DNA of 64,000 nt from the human T2T-CHM13v2.0 reference genome, Homo sapiens: NCBI RefSeq assembly GCF_009914755.1, contig NC_060941.1. One strand, given 5' to 3'. Shown here piece by piece: positions 1-14,779 of this stretch; positions within the stretch are counted from its first letter, which is position 1, and each line of letters begins with the position of its first letter. The notes under the pieces were generated by a model that did not search any database, had not been told where the DNA came from, and worked only from the letters and a program-made list of their open reading frames with translations. The position numbers were made by a program, and so were the translations under genes.

Positions 1-1128
1 GGATGGAGGGGCTGCGGTGTGTGTTTGGAGGCCGTGGCGGGAGGACCTGTTGGATGGAGGGACTGTGGTGTGTGTTTAGAGGCCGTGGCGAGAGGACCTG
101 TTGGGTGGATGGAGGGACTGCGGTGTGTGTTTAGAGGCTGTGGCGGGAGGACCTGTTGGGTGGATGGAGGGGCTGCGGTGTGTGTTTGGAGGCCGTGGCG
201 GGAGGACCTGTTGGGTGGATGGAGGGGCTGCGGTGTGTGTTTAGAGGCCGTGGCGGGAGGACCTGTTGGGTGGATGGAGGGGCTGCGGTGTGTGTTTAGA
301 GGCCGTGGCGGGAGGACCTGTTGGGTGGATGGAGGGGCTGCGGTGTGTGTTTGGAGGCCGTGGCGGGAGGACCTGTTGGGTGGATGGAGGGGCTGCGGTG
401 TGTGTTTGGAGGCCGTGGCGGGAGGGCCTGTTGGGTAGATGGAGGGGCTGCGGTGTGTGTTTGGAGGCCGTGGCGGGAGGGCCTGTTGGGTGGATGGAGG
501 GGCTGCGGTGTGTGTTTGGAGGCCGTGGCGGGAGGACCTGTTGGATGGAGGGACTGCGGTGTGTGTTTAGAGGCCGTGGCAAGAGGACCTGTTGGGTGGA
601 TGGAGGGGCTGCGGTGTGTGTTTGGAGGCCGTGGCGGGAGGGCCTGTTGGGTGGATGGAGGGGCTGCGGTGTGTGTTTGGAGGCCGTGGCGGGAGGACCT
701 GTTGGATGGAGGGACTGCGGTGTGTGTTTAGAGGCCGTGGCAGGAGGACCTGTTGGGTGGATGGAGGGGCTGCGGTGTGTGTTTGGAGGCTGTGGCGGGA
801 GGGCCTGTTGGGTGGATGGAGGGGCTGCGGTGTGTGTTTGGAGGCCGTGGCGGGAGGACCTGTTGGATGGAGGGACTGCGGTGTGTGTTTAGACGCCGTG
901 GCGGGAGGACCTGTTGGGTGGATGGAGGGGCTGCGGTGTGTGTTTAGAGGCCGTGGCGGGAGGACCTGTTGGGTGGATGGAGGGGCTGCGGTGTGTGTTT
1001 GGAGGCCGTGGCGGGAGGACCTGTTGGGTGGATGGAGGGGCTGCGGTGTGTGTTTGGAGGCTGTGGCGGGAGGACCTGTTGGGTGGATGGAGGGGCTGCG
1101 GTGTGTGTTTGGAGGCTGTGGCGGGAGA
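1..1128. repeat. G-rich minisatellite (VNTR), 55-bp unit with 51-bp variants, about 21 copies, truncated by window start
   Basis: Unit ggatggaggggctgcggtgtgtgtttggaggccgtggcgggaggacctgttgggt repeated in tandem; accounts for all repetitive ORFs in 19-1187. Confidence 0.97.
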
Positions 1129-1214
1129 GCCTGCTGCTCAGTTCTCAGGACTGGTTAGAAAGTAAATTTAACGTAGGAGCAACTTAACAAAAAGAAAAGC
1201 TTTTCATTTTGGGG

Positions 1215-1651
1215 GCTTTTTTTGTTTGTCTTTAGAGATGGCTTTGCTCTGTCACCCAGGCTGGAGTGCAGTGGTGCCACCACAGCTCACTGCCACCTTG
1301 AACTCCTGAGCCCAAGGGATCCTCCCACCTCGGCCTCCTGAGTAGCTGGGACTGCAGGCATGCACCACTACACCAGGCTGATTTTAAACAACTTTTTGTA
1401 GAGACAGGGGTCTTGCCATATTGCCCAGGCTGGTCTCAAACTCCAGAGCTCAAGCAATCCTCACACCTCAGCCTCTTGAGAAGCCAGGACTACAGGCATG
1501 CACCACCACACCTGGCTAATTAAAAAAAAATTTTGGAGTGATGGGGTCTTTCCATCTTGCCCAGGCTGATCTTGAACTCCTGGGTTCAAGTGATCCTCCC
1601 ACCTCAGCCTCCCAAAGTGCTGGTATTACAGATGTGAGCCACCACACCTGG
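1215..1651 (-). mobile_element. AluJ-type element with an extra left-monomer-like arm (three arms)
   Basis: Antisense Alu motifs gtcacccaggctggagtgcagtgg; two ttgcccaggctggtct/gatct arms; ends gagccaccacacctgg. Confidence 0.85.
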
Positions 1652-2310
1652 TTATATAAAAAGAAAACCTAAAACTAGTAAACCACACTGATATTTTTTG
1701 CTATATTTCTGCTATATACATGTCCTTTTGAAAAGGAAAATAGGAATATTGAACTTAGTTTTTGCGTAAAGGGCCATTTCCTCCCACTTAAAGTTGTTTC
1801 CTTTTTAATCCTCTGCCAGCCATTCTTACGTGGCCAGTGGTAGTGGTGCTGATTAAAATAACACAAGTCTGCCAGCAGTCCCAGACAGACATCGCAAATG
1901 GCGCCTTCCACAGTTCAGGACTGTGTGCTTCACTCCACGGAGGTCTGCCTCAGATGCCTCCCTCCCAGCCCCTTTCCGGAGGCCAGGGAGAGTGCGTTTC
2001 CACCAAGCGCAGGAGTCAGCACTTCCTCATAGCCTTCCCGTGCCCTCCCAGCACCAGGCACACATGGCCGCTCCCACCTATCCCATCCACCTGTTGTGAC
2101 GCGGGTCTGAGTAGCTGCAGGTCCACGTCGTTCCTGGACCCATCATCTGGCTTAGTGGGCCTGTCACAGCAGACCTGGAAACTAATTTTCTGTGTACAGC
2201 AGGTTGCATTGCCGATGCTATTTTAGCTTATGGAGCCCAGAGCCCAGGAAATGGTTTTAAACATGATTTTGCCTTCCCTCTTCCCTCTTGTTTAAAAAAA
2301 CCCACTCCTT

Positions 2311-2429
2311 GGTGGTTCTTGGTGATTGTTGCGTGGCATGTAAATATCCCTAATGTCACCGAACTGTACATTTGAAACAGTTAACATGGCAAATTTTATG
2401 CTACAGGTAATTTATCATCATAAAAAAAA
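2311..2429 (+). mobile_element. Old L1M (L1MB/ME-like) 3' end fragment
   Basis: ggtgattgttgc...gaactgtacatttgaaacagttaacatggcaaattttatg...poly(A) resembles the L1M 3' terminus. Confidence 0.65.
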
Positions 2430-4854
2430 CCTCATTCCTCTAGAAATTGCAGTTTTTATTGAAAAAGTTAAATTATATTTATTATTAAGTATATGAGAAT
2501 TTGATTTGTACTCTGGGTTTAATGTTCCTGTGGTAGAATGGGTTATTAATAAAACTAGCAGTCATTAGTACCTTCCAGCTGAGAAATTTGAGATGTTAAA
2601 AACAAAGTTTGTCAGAGTCAGATGACAGTGCGTTCTGTACCATCACCGTGGTGCGAGGTGGCTGTGAGTGAATACAGCTCTGTGTGTATTTCATTCCGAA
2701 AGCACTGGGCGTGCTGTCTGGAGAGGGCTCGGCAGCTTTCGTGTTGGCGTCGTAGGTGCTTGGTGGAGATTCAGAAGGACCCAGATGGGATAATGGGGCA
2801 AAAGCAGCCCTAAAATCAGGGGCAGTGCCCGGCACTCTGGACGCATGTGCTGGCCCAGCTGCAGGGCAGTCCGTGTCATCTTTGGGGACTCTGTGTCCTC
2901 GTCGTCACAGCTCTTTTAACATGGAGCTGAAACCTCATGGGGTTGGTAAAAAGCAGATGAAATAGTATATGTGAAGAGCCGTGAGAAATACTAAGAACTA
3001 CGCAACTAAAAGTAAGGAGCAAGGAAGGAGCAAAAATGCAGACACAGACACATTCTCTCCCCGTCAAGCCGGGGAGCGCATCGCAGCCCTCGGTGATTAA
3101 AAGCCACACACTCTGGACACATCTCACCCCCACCCATATTCATCGTCACTTACAATATTCATTTACAATAGCGCCTCCTCTTCATGGAGGCCTGCCACAG
3201 TCTGAGTAAACAAAAGTGATCTTGTCCCTGTGGTATTCACAAAACAAGCCCTAGGAATTGTGTAAGTCACAAACAGCGTCCAGGCCCTGGATCTGGGACG
3301 ACCAGTCTCTGTCATGCGATGCTCCAGCCCTCATGCTGACCGCTTGGTCCACGACCCCGCATTAGCAGGTGGCGCTCTCAGTCTGAAGCCTCATTCTGTA
3401 CCTTGTTGTTCTACATCCCCAGCCTAGATGGGCAGATGAGGTTGGCCCCTACAGCAGAATGCTTTCCATTACAGCCGAATTATAGGTATTTGTAGACACG
3501 TGAATGAAGGAGTTCTGCAAGCTGTGTGGCCCGGTATGATCGGCATTTTTGGGGTTTTCTGTTTTCATTCCTTTAGCTATCTACATGACATGCCCAGGCA
3601 TCACATTTCAGGGTAACTGAAGAGAAGGCAATGCAGATTCCATCTCACAGCCTGTGGTGTGTTCTTCTTGTTTTGTCTGTTCCCTGTCTCTTTCTGTCCC
3701 TTTGTTTCCTGCTACCCTTTCCCCTCTCCCCTCTCCCCACAACAAAGGACCAGCCTTGATGATAGTGCAGGAGGGACTTTGCAAGCCAAGCTCTCCCAGG
3801 GCCCATGGGGCCTCCCTTCCAGCAGGTGGGCCCTGCATGCAGCCCACAGTGTCTGAGGACTCTGCATCCCCGGAAGGGAGGCATTGCTTGTGCGCAGCTG
3901 CTGTGCCTCCCCCAGCTGAAAGCATTCTGTTTGGTGGAACTGGTTCTGATATTTTCCAGCTCCTCTCAATTATTTCCAGGAGCAGGCAGAGCAGTGTGTG
4001 TACATAATCCCTCATGTGTTATACTTATTAAATTTTACTGGCCAAAATGCCAGGAATTCTTGTGAACTTCATTATTTCTGAAAACGACAGCAAAACCTCT
4101 TGTGGATTACCGAAATGGCCACATGCAGGCAACGTAGGTAGCCAGGGAAAGGAATCACAATCTCAGTGCTAGTATAATTAGTCCTTGGTGGTATAAGGAT
4201 CCTGTTTTGTTGAATGCTGTGGTTTTTTGGTAAAACAGGAACCCACCTGGTATCCATGGCAGGGTATAGCAAACTCGTGTATCAGACAGTCCTGTCATTT
4301 TTTAAACCTTTGAATGTAATGCATTATTTAAAAAGAAGGAAGAGTTACACTTTCAGTTAGATTTCATTTGGTAAAAAGTGAAATTTTCTGTGCATTTTAG
4401 TAGTAAACAACAATTCACTTAGTGCCTTTCTTCCTAAAATGGCACTGTGATATCAGCTTCACATATGATACTTTTACGTGACAAGTCTCATTGAAATAAA
4501 TACCAACCGGCATTACTATCCCTACTTTAAAGAGAGATTAAATTTTGAATTCAAAAACACCTCACCTTTCTCCCTGATTACAAAATTAATGCACATTTGT
4601 TTGTAGAACATTTAGAGAAATCCGATGAAGATGGGAGGAGATAAAATCCCCCTAATCCCCCACTCGGGGATGAGTGCTCGCTCTGTCTGTTTTTCAGTCT
4701 CTTTTGATGGGTCGCTTTAGTCAGCCCACTCAAACTCACATTTTGTGGTTTGCCTTTGTGTTGGTGATGGAGTTCACATCATATAACCTGAACGTCTTCC
4801 CATGTCATTAAACACAACAAAATAAGGTTAGGATAGATTAAGATTGAACGTTTA

Positions 4855-5688
<834 letters not shown>

Positions 5689-6821
5689 GTGAGTGGCCCC
5701 TGCTGTGCCCCTGGGACCCACTCAACTGGGCTCTCCCGCAGGGACCCCAACCCATGTGGGCCCCAGGCATTCACCTGGTCCCAGGAGCCCACGTGACAGA
5801 CATGAGTGTCCCCGCCTTCTTTTTGTGTCATTCGGGATTCCAGGTGGAGGTTTGGGTTCTACTCTTTGAGAGCTCAAGATCCTTCTTCCTTCTGATCTGT
5901 TCGTGGGCAGCTCACTGCTTTGCGATTTCCAAGAACACCCTCTCCTTACCTTTGTTCACTGCGGAGGCGTCTTAGTACCAGGATAGGTCATACTGGAAAC
6001 TGGACTTTCTTTCAGGAGAAGAAAAGGCTGTTATGAAAAAGGAAGTCATTTAATTCCTTGCTTGAGTTGAAGCGTAATCTTTCAATGTATTTTTAGCAAT
6101 GAAAAAAGAGCCATGATTTTTCTGTCTCCATCCTTTTTAAGTTATAGCCGTCGGGAACATAACTGAAGAAATGTGTGTGATATTCCAAGATGGTAGAAGC
6201 CGCATTTCAGCCCCAACATCCCCGGCAGAACGCACAGTGGGATATGTGTGTTTCCTGCCTCCAAATCCAATATTCTCCCCTAGACCATCTTGCCAGTCTT
6301 TAATATCTCCTTTCCCATTTTATGTTTTGCTGAAAAGCTTATATGTCGTGGCTGTTACCGGCTAGTAGATAAATACCTCTCCCTTGAGGTGCCGTGTGAA
6401 TGGTGCAGCTGTGCAGCAGACACCGTGCTGTCGGCCGAGGACACTCTTGAGGCTTCTGTCAAGATGGCCTAACACTCTAGACAAGTCTCCTGCCTTCTCA
6501 CCCACAGCCCTGGGCGGACACGGGGAGCTAACAGCACAGCAAAGTAAGGGCCCCCAGGGACACCCTGGGAGGGGCCAGAGGGGCAGGGCAGCCTGAGGGG
6601 GGAGGAAAACTTGGCCTTCCTGCTCTGCCTCTGCAGCCAAGTCCAAATTGATCCCAGACCCCAGGGCTGGGGGTTCATGATGTTGGGGTGACTGCAGCGC
6701 AGCCCTCACATTAACTGTCCCTAGGCCTCCCCACCAAACTTGAGGGCTACAGGTTTCCATTCAGGGAGAGACCTCCTTTTAGTGTTACTCACCCCAAAAT
6801 AGTTGGAGATGAAGGGAAGAG

Positions 6822-7273
<452 letters not shown>

Positions 7274-7551
7274 AGAGGGGAGAGGAGCTGTCTGGAGGGG
7301 GCAGCAGAGAGGGATCTGCAGTGTTTCTGCTGTCCAGCCAGTACCCCCACCTTACCTGGCTGATGCAGACTTAGCCTGAAAGGGCCACTGTCCTCTGCAC
7401 CCAGCGGAGCAGAGCTCACTTGGCAAAACTAGACACCTGAGTAGCACAGCCACTACGCAGAGAGAAAGCTGAACCAGGGTTATTGTAAAACAAGTGTAAT
7501 ACATACAATCAAAGAAATAAAGGAAGACACCTGTAACAAGATGTGAGAACA

Positions 7552-8421
7552 ATGCTACAGTTTTAATGCCTTCCCCCAAATGTATGTGCTGGAAACTTAA
7601 TCCCCCACGCAACAGTGTTGGGAGGTGATTGCATCATGAGGGCTCTGCCCTCACATTTAGGTTAATGTCACTGTCACAGGGGTAGGTTAGTTATGTGAGA
7701 GCAGGTTGTGATAAAAGCAAGCCCAGCCCCTTGTGTTATCTTGCCCTTCCACCTTCTGCCATGGGATGGCACAGCAAGAAGGTCCTTGCCAGATGCCACT
7801 CTTTGACCTTGGACCTCCCAGTCTCCAGAACTGTAAGAAAGAAGTTTCTTTACTTAGATGAAGAGAAGCTGCTTGAAAAGTCCAAGAATACAGTTAAGTA
7901 GGAGGAATAAGTTATAGTATTCCATAGTAGAGTAGGGAGATTACGGTTAACAGAAATAATTTATTGGATATTTCAAAATAGCTTGGAGAGAAGAATTGTA
8001 ATGGCCCCAACACAAAAGATAGAAGGTGGAGTGAGATGGTGGAATAGAAGCCTCCACCAGTCTTCCTGCAGCAAGGATACCAATGTAACAACTATCAGCA
8101 CACACAGAAAGCACCTTCATACGAACCAAAAATTAGGTGAGCGCTCATAGTACCCAGTTTAGCTTCATGTTGCTGAAAGAGGCACTGAGAGGTAGAAAAA
8201 ACAGTCTTGAAAAGATAAATGTTTGAGGTGATGTATGAGTTGGATAGATCCCAGTTACCCTGATTTGATCATTACGCATTGTATGCACGGATCAAAATAT
8301 CACATGGAGCCCCAAAATACATACAACTATCATATATCAATTTAAAGAATACAAAAAAAATTTGTTATAAATTACTCAGTCTGTCGTAGTCTATTATAGC
8401 AACACAAAACAGACAGACAGA
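7552..8421 (+). mobile_element. MaLR solo LTR (MSTD/MLT1A-like) split by nested L1 insertions (7552-7853 and 8365-8421)
   Basis: tgctacagttttaatg...ggaaacttaatcccc...ttggacctcccagtctccagaactgtaagaaa, resuming at ttataaattactcagtctgt...ttatagcaacacaaaacagac. Confidence 0.8.
7878..8360 (+). mobile_element. L1MA-type 3' end, itself interrupted at 8022-8209 by an L1 5'-UTR-like fragment
   Basis: aggaggaataagtt...tatttcaaaatagct...cccaacacaaaagata|aatgtttgaggtgatg...ccccaaaatacatacaactat...A tail; aaaagata duplicated at 8014-8021 and 8210-8217. Confidence 0.75.
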
Positions 8422-9497
8422 CAAGAAAAAGTACTATAAAAGAAGAACAAAGCAGAAATAGGGGTAGGTGCACTGTAATGTTTGAAATAAAGAACACAGT
8501 AGACAGGACCCATAGCAGGAGAGACACTGCTGGAGCCAAATGAATGGCCTGGAAGACTACAGTGGGGGCTCACAGGAGGCCATGGGAAAGGGTCGAGATG
8601 GGAAACAGAAAAGCCAGGAGATGCAGAGAAGGGAAATAGAGGCCCCAGTATGCAGACTGGGGGCATCCCGTGTTGAGAGAACAAGAATGTGGCAGAGCTG
8701 AAAATACCTGAAGATCTCGGAAATGCACTCCCCAAAATTGGGAAAGCTGGAAGCCCTCCAACTGAGAGGGCTTGTGCCAACCAGAAATTAATGGGAGACC
8801 TCCGACCTCAGCACATCCAGTGAGGCGGAAGACCCTCTTGAGGGCACCTTCCCTGACGCCACGTTGTTTCTGAACTGCTCTCCATCCTTGTTTGTTTGCT
8901 CTGTAATGTCGAAGTCCTTTCTGAACGCAGATCTCTTTTCACGTACCAGTTTATGAGGCACACGTTACAGTGTGCCTACCTCTATTTCTGCTTGTTTCTC
9001 CTTTCGCATTACTTTCTCTTGTTTGTCTTAATCTGTTTTGGGTTACTATAACAGAATACAACAGACTGGGTAATTTAAAATGACAATTTTTTGTATTCTG
9101 TAAATTGATATATCATAGTTGTCCATATTTGGGGGGTCCATGCAATATTTTGATACCTGTATACGATGCATTAATGATCAAATTGGGGTAACTGGGATAT
9201 CCATCACCTGAAACATTTATCTTTTCTTTTTAAGACTGCTGAAGAGACGGTCTTTTGGGGCCTCTGTTTCTCTTCTCTGCATCTCCTGGCTTTTCTGTTT
9301 CCCACCTCTGTCCTTTCCCACGGCCTCCTATGCGCCCCTCATTGTAGTCTTCCAGGATATTGTAGGGCTTCAGCAGCCTCTCACCTTTATGAGTGTTCTT
9401 TTTAACTCTCTGTACTGTATGTCTGATCCCTGTCCAAAGAGGCTTATGAGTGCCCATTTCACGTTACCCCAGGAAGAGATTGGTCCACCTGACTCAG

Positions 9498-10100
9498 GAG
9501 TTCATCCATTCATTGCCCAAAAACTAATTTATTCAGTCCCGACTGTGTATGTAATAAGACCCATGCTAATCACTATAGGAGATCCTAAGAAGCATATTGC
9601 CCTCAACAAATGTCTCCTCTGGTTGAGGAGATAAGATGTGGCTTGAAAATTCATGATTTCAATGGATGCTTCATGCAAGATGAAAATCTGAACCCTTCAA
9701 GGCAATGTGTGATCAAAGACCAAGTGACCTTATGGCACCAAGGGCTGTTGTGTTCCCAGAGGACAGAGAACCATGGCTAAGGGCCACAGGGTTTGAGAAA
9801 GCTGCTTGGAGGAGGTGGAACCTGAGAGGAAGGTTTCGTCAGGAGTGCGGTTGAGCTCAGAGAGTGGACTGAAGTCCAAGTCCATTGTGGGGTGCTTTGA
9901 ATGCTGCCCAGAGGACCTTGACTTCTCCTGGGACTCTGGCACAAGAGAGCCCCTGAAGCTGTTTGGGTAGAAAAATGACTTCATCAGAACCGTGTTTTAG
10001 AAAGAGGATCCAAGTGATGATAGGGAGACCTTGGTGACCATTAGGCCATTATCATATCAGTGCGGTCTTGAGCTGGTAAAAGATTAGGGCAGAAAGATAG
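9498..10100 (-). mobile_element. L2 fragments
   Basis: ttcatccattcatt...tttattcagtccc.actgtgt (L2 3' end, antisense) followed by degenerate L2-like purine-rich sequence. Confidence 0.5.
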
Positions 10101-10574
10101 AAAATCACCCAGGGGCCTGTAGGCTGGAGCTTCTGTAGACGCACAGTGGACACTGCCGAGAAACAGGCCTCATTTCTCCCATGTTCCCGTCCCCGCTCCC
10201 GGTTTCCTGCATGACTGCTTTGGTGCCCCCTGACTCCAGAATCAACACCACACCAGCTCTGCCTTTAGACTCTGCCCAGAGGCTCTGGGCTGGATACTGT
10301 ATTTGGTGCGACCCTCTGGGGCATTTTTGCAAGTTTTCAGGCAGATGGGTGGGGGAGCAGTGAAGGAAGGAGGAAATAAGACAAAGCACAAGGGGAACCG
10401 GAAATGACATCGCTACCTTCCTGTGCCTTCCCTGCCGCCCCACTCCAGCTACCTGTCACTAAACCCAGTGCACTTCATCTAGTTGACGGGTTTCTCTCAG
10501 GCATTTTGTTTTTCTGCCATGAGTGGGAAGGACTTGGCTTCCCTCCGCGCACAGCTGTGCACTCCCAAAGACGC

Positions 10575-10711
10575 CTGGGCCAGATGTGGCAGTGCGTCCT
10601 GTAGTCCCAGCTGCTTGGAAGGCCGAGGCAGGAGGATCACTTGAGCCCAGAAGTTTGAGACCAGCCCTGGGAACACAGGGAAACCCCATCTGTAAAAAAA
10701 AGTAAAATAAA
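10575..10711 (+). mobile_element. Alu monomer (FLAM-like)
   Basis: cctgtagtcccagctgcttggaaggccgaggcaggaggatcacttgagcccag...A-rich tail. Confidence 0.8.
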
Positions 10712-11647
10712 GAAGTATGCTTTCACTCTGAGGGCTGCTGGCCTCGTTATTTCTAAAATGGGTGCCTGCCCTCTGAGTAGGGAATGTGCTTTCTCTCTAC
10801 CAAGGCATGATGTGTCATCCCAGTAGCCCCTGAAATCCTTGTAGGAGTTAGGACATAGTCAGATTTTTAAAAGTAAGCATTTAGTAGGAAGTGCAGTGAA
10901 AAACAAACTGATACAGTTACCATAAGAGGGACTTTGAAATCAATATGCCACAGTGGCAGACAGTGGTCATCAGATAACCACTGCCTGGAACAATTGAGCG
11001 GTGTCTCAGGTGGCGGCTCTTTTACAATAAACTGCTTTCTCCCATATTGAAGTGCTGAAATTAGGTTGAACATGACATTTTGCTAGGTGTCTATGGCCTG
11101 TGAGTGGTAATGGACTATATTCATTAAAGAATTATCAAGTGAAATGTGTAGTTTTGTGTGAGCTAAGTTAAAAACCACCAGGGTTTTTTTTTTTAATGGA
11201 AGAGTGAGATAGTTTGTCAGACAGTAATTACGTATGTTTTTAGGGTTTTAGTTTTATTTTTTCATTTTGAAAAGTCAATTTTTCTAATTAAAAATGAAAG
11301 ATACATTCTTTTCAGAAAATTACTAAAAAGTTAAAAGTAGAAAAAAATCATCCAAGATTTTACCATCTAAGGACAACTAGTGTTCACTTTTTGATGTATT
11401 GCCTGTTGGTCTTTTTTCTGTGCATGTACATTTTGCACTGATGTAAGTGGACAGAATTTACGATTTCATATCCTTAACCCTTCGCATTATACTAGAGTTC
11501 CCTGCCCTAGATCATTAGAGACTCTTAGTAAGTATCATTTTATATTTCACTATGTTGAAGTTCCATGTTTTATTTAGCCGGAGCGTAGGGCTTTGGGATT
11601 TAGGTGCCAGGAGTATGCGGGTGGGAAGGTTCAGCCTGGCACTCTGA

Positions 11648-12179
<532 letters not shown>

Positions 12180-14554
12180 CTCCAGAAAAGGGAACTAGGA
12201 TTGGGCTGCAGATGACGGCTGTGCGTGTCTGCCGGTCTGCAGGTGACCTGGAGAAGGGCGATGCTCGGGAAGGTGGATTCTCTCCCTCCCTCCCTTTACT
12301 ATGTAAATAAGAGAAACGGTTTCTAAGCACGCTGCCCTCATTATGCTGGCACAGCTGCTACAGAATGCGGTGTGCTGGGTAAACAACATACAGCTTTGCT
12401 TCATTTGGACAAAATGTGTACATGTGTACTTGGTGGCAAGCGTATTTATGAATCTTATTTGATGATGAACTTGTTGGAAGACATTGTTCTCTAATTTTTT
12501 TTCATTTTTGCCTGTCTTTTTCATTTTTGGAAACTGATTTCAATAATTCCAAAATGAGCAATGACATTACTTTCCACATAAATGATTATCTTACTCACCA
12601 TATACATCAATACACTGTAAGAATCCAAAATATATTTTTTCCCTTGGCTGTTTTCTACTTCTTTGATTGAGTGGCATAATATCATTTTAGATTTATTACG
12701 CGTCTATTTGTATACTACTGAAAATTATAACCCAGTGGGACTTCATTTGCTGTGGGACTTGCTATAAAACAGATTGATGTCTATTGCACTGTGCTGCATG
12801 CACTAGTATTGTCTATTAATGAAAATGATAAACATTATTTTGGATTGAATAGAGGTCAAAAAACTTACTTCCTTTCTTTCAATTAAGTTGAAGGATTTCC
12901 AGGACTGTAAATGTTAATGATAGAGCATTAACGTGTATTTGTCAGCGTGGAAAGTTTCGCTCCTGCATTGCCCGCAGGAGACGGAAGATGCATGGGTTTC
13001 CTGGCGCGCAGGTTGGGTGGAGGCTCAGCGTGGCTCTGTCTGGCCAGGCTAAGTGGTTTGCAGTGCCTGTCTCATTTCAGACATTTGCTGTGACATTTGC
13101 TTCGTATTTTTTCCTGATGACTCAACCAAGAATCATTCAGAATTACCTTTAGAAACATAAATTCTTGTGGTTTTGATGATAGAGTTAACCATGTGTTCTC
13201 CAAGGAGTCTTCTAAAATACATCTGCTTTGCCAGAGAACACACTTTCTTCTGCCCGTTCAGTGCTCTCGGGTCTTTTGCCGCTTCCTTTCAACAACAGTC
13301 CGATGACTTTGTCTTCCTGCATATGTGCGAAGGGAGAGGAGCTCACTGGTCCTCCCAGAGGGTGAAGTAACCGGGACACATTATTGAATAAAATGCTCTT
13401 TTGTAGTATCCCACTCTGTATCTTAGACCTTAGTCGTAGGCAAGTTTAATTTGGAATTTGCGTCTGGAGAAACGGCTTTATGACGTTTCCAAGTAGAGCC
13501 TCAGTATCATGGATCTCACACAGTCCCCGCGGCAGCTTCCAGGCCGTTTCCAGAGGAAAATATTTTTTCTCCCCAAACAAGACAGTGTTCTCTCACTGTT
13601 CCAGTCTCTTGACATATACTCAATTAAGATGAATATCATAATGTATTGTAATAGAGCTCCCGTTTTAAAAGATGACGTGTAAAAACCACCTGATGGATGC
13701 GGTAAGAAAGGGAATTGAAGCAGATGGAGGGGCACGGGCTGCTGACTCCCCGGCTGAACCCCGTCCTCGGGTGCTGCAGGAAAGAGTGAGATTGATGATC
13801 CTGGAGGGAGCCCACTCAGCAGCACAGCCGGAGACTTTGCTGGTCCCTTGAGATGGCTGAGTCCCCACTGGGGGCTGGGGTGAGGGGTGAGGCCGGAGGA
13901 GACAGTGGAGCTGGCGAGGGCCCCAGGGTGCAGGCAAGGCTGAGGGCACTCGGCTCTCCTCCCACTGCCCTTGATAGGCATGGCCTGCTGTGCTGTGTCT
14001 GGGGCTCAGAAAGATGGAAAATAAGAGGGTGGAAAGAAAGAGTTTGTCCTACCGCCCTTGTGAAAAGAGAAGTAATCCAATAATAAATAAAAGTGATAAA
14101 AGACAATTGGAAATATGAAGAAGAAACAGGAAGAAAGACCAGTTGGAAGCATTAAGTATAAAAAATATAATTGGTGAAATAATTGAAGAGATGGATTGAA
14201 AAGCAACATTATGGATAGAGCCAAGAATAAACCAGGAAGCTGAGAAGCTTGTTTGAGGAGTTCCCACCAAAGGGATGGAGCTAGAAGGAAGGGGAGAAAC
14301 ATGAGAGGCAGAGACAAAGTTTAAATATCTAGGAAATAACATTTTCTTCTCTCTAAAAAAAAACGTAGAAAAGGAGAAAAGACAGGCTTAGTAAATAGAA
14401 AGTGTGAGATACGATGGCTAAAATGTTTTGAAATAAAGTTGTAACTGTAAACGAATTGAATTCACCTCTCAAAGGGCCATGATTCTTGTGTTGGTTAAAA
14501 TCATGATACAGCAGTCTCTTGTCCATGAGACACAGATTTAAAGCAAAACGTTTA

Positions 14555-14779
<225 letters not shown>

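Noticed and set aside
1-1128. CRISPR-like appearance of regular repeats (also 63028-63566)
   Set aside because: Head-to-tail units without unique spacers, in primate DNA with no cas genes.
19-1187. Overlapping long Gly/Cys/Trp-rich ORFs
   Set aside because: Translations of the 55-bp minisatellite in several frames; no splice or start context.
3362-3376. CTCF-like motif agcaggtggcgc
   Set aside because: Lacks the 5' CC of the core; isolated partial matches are expected by chance in GC-rich DNA.
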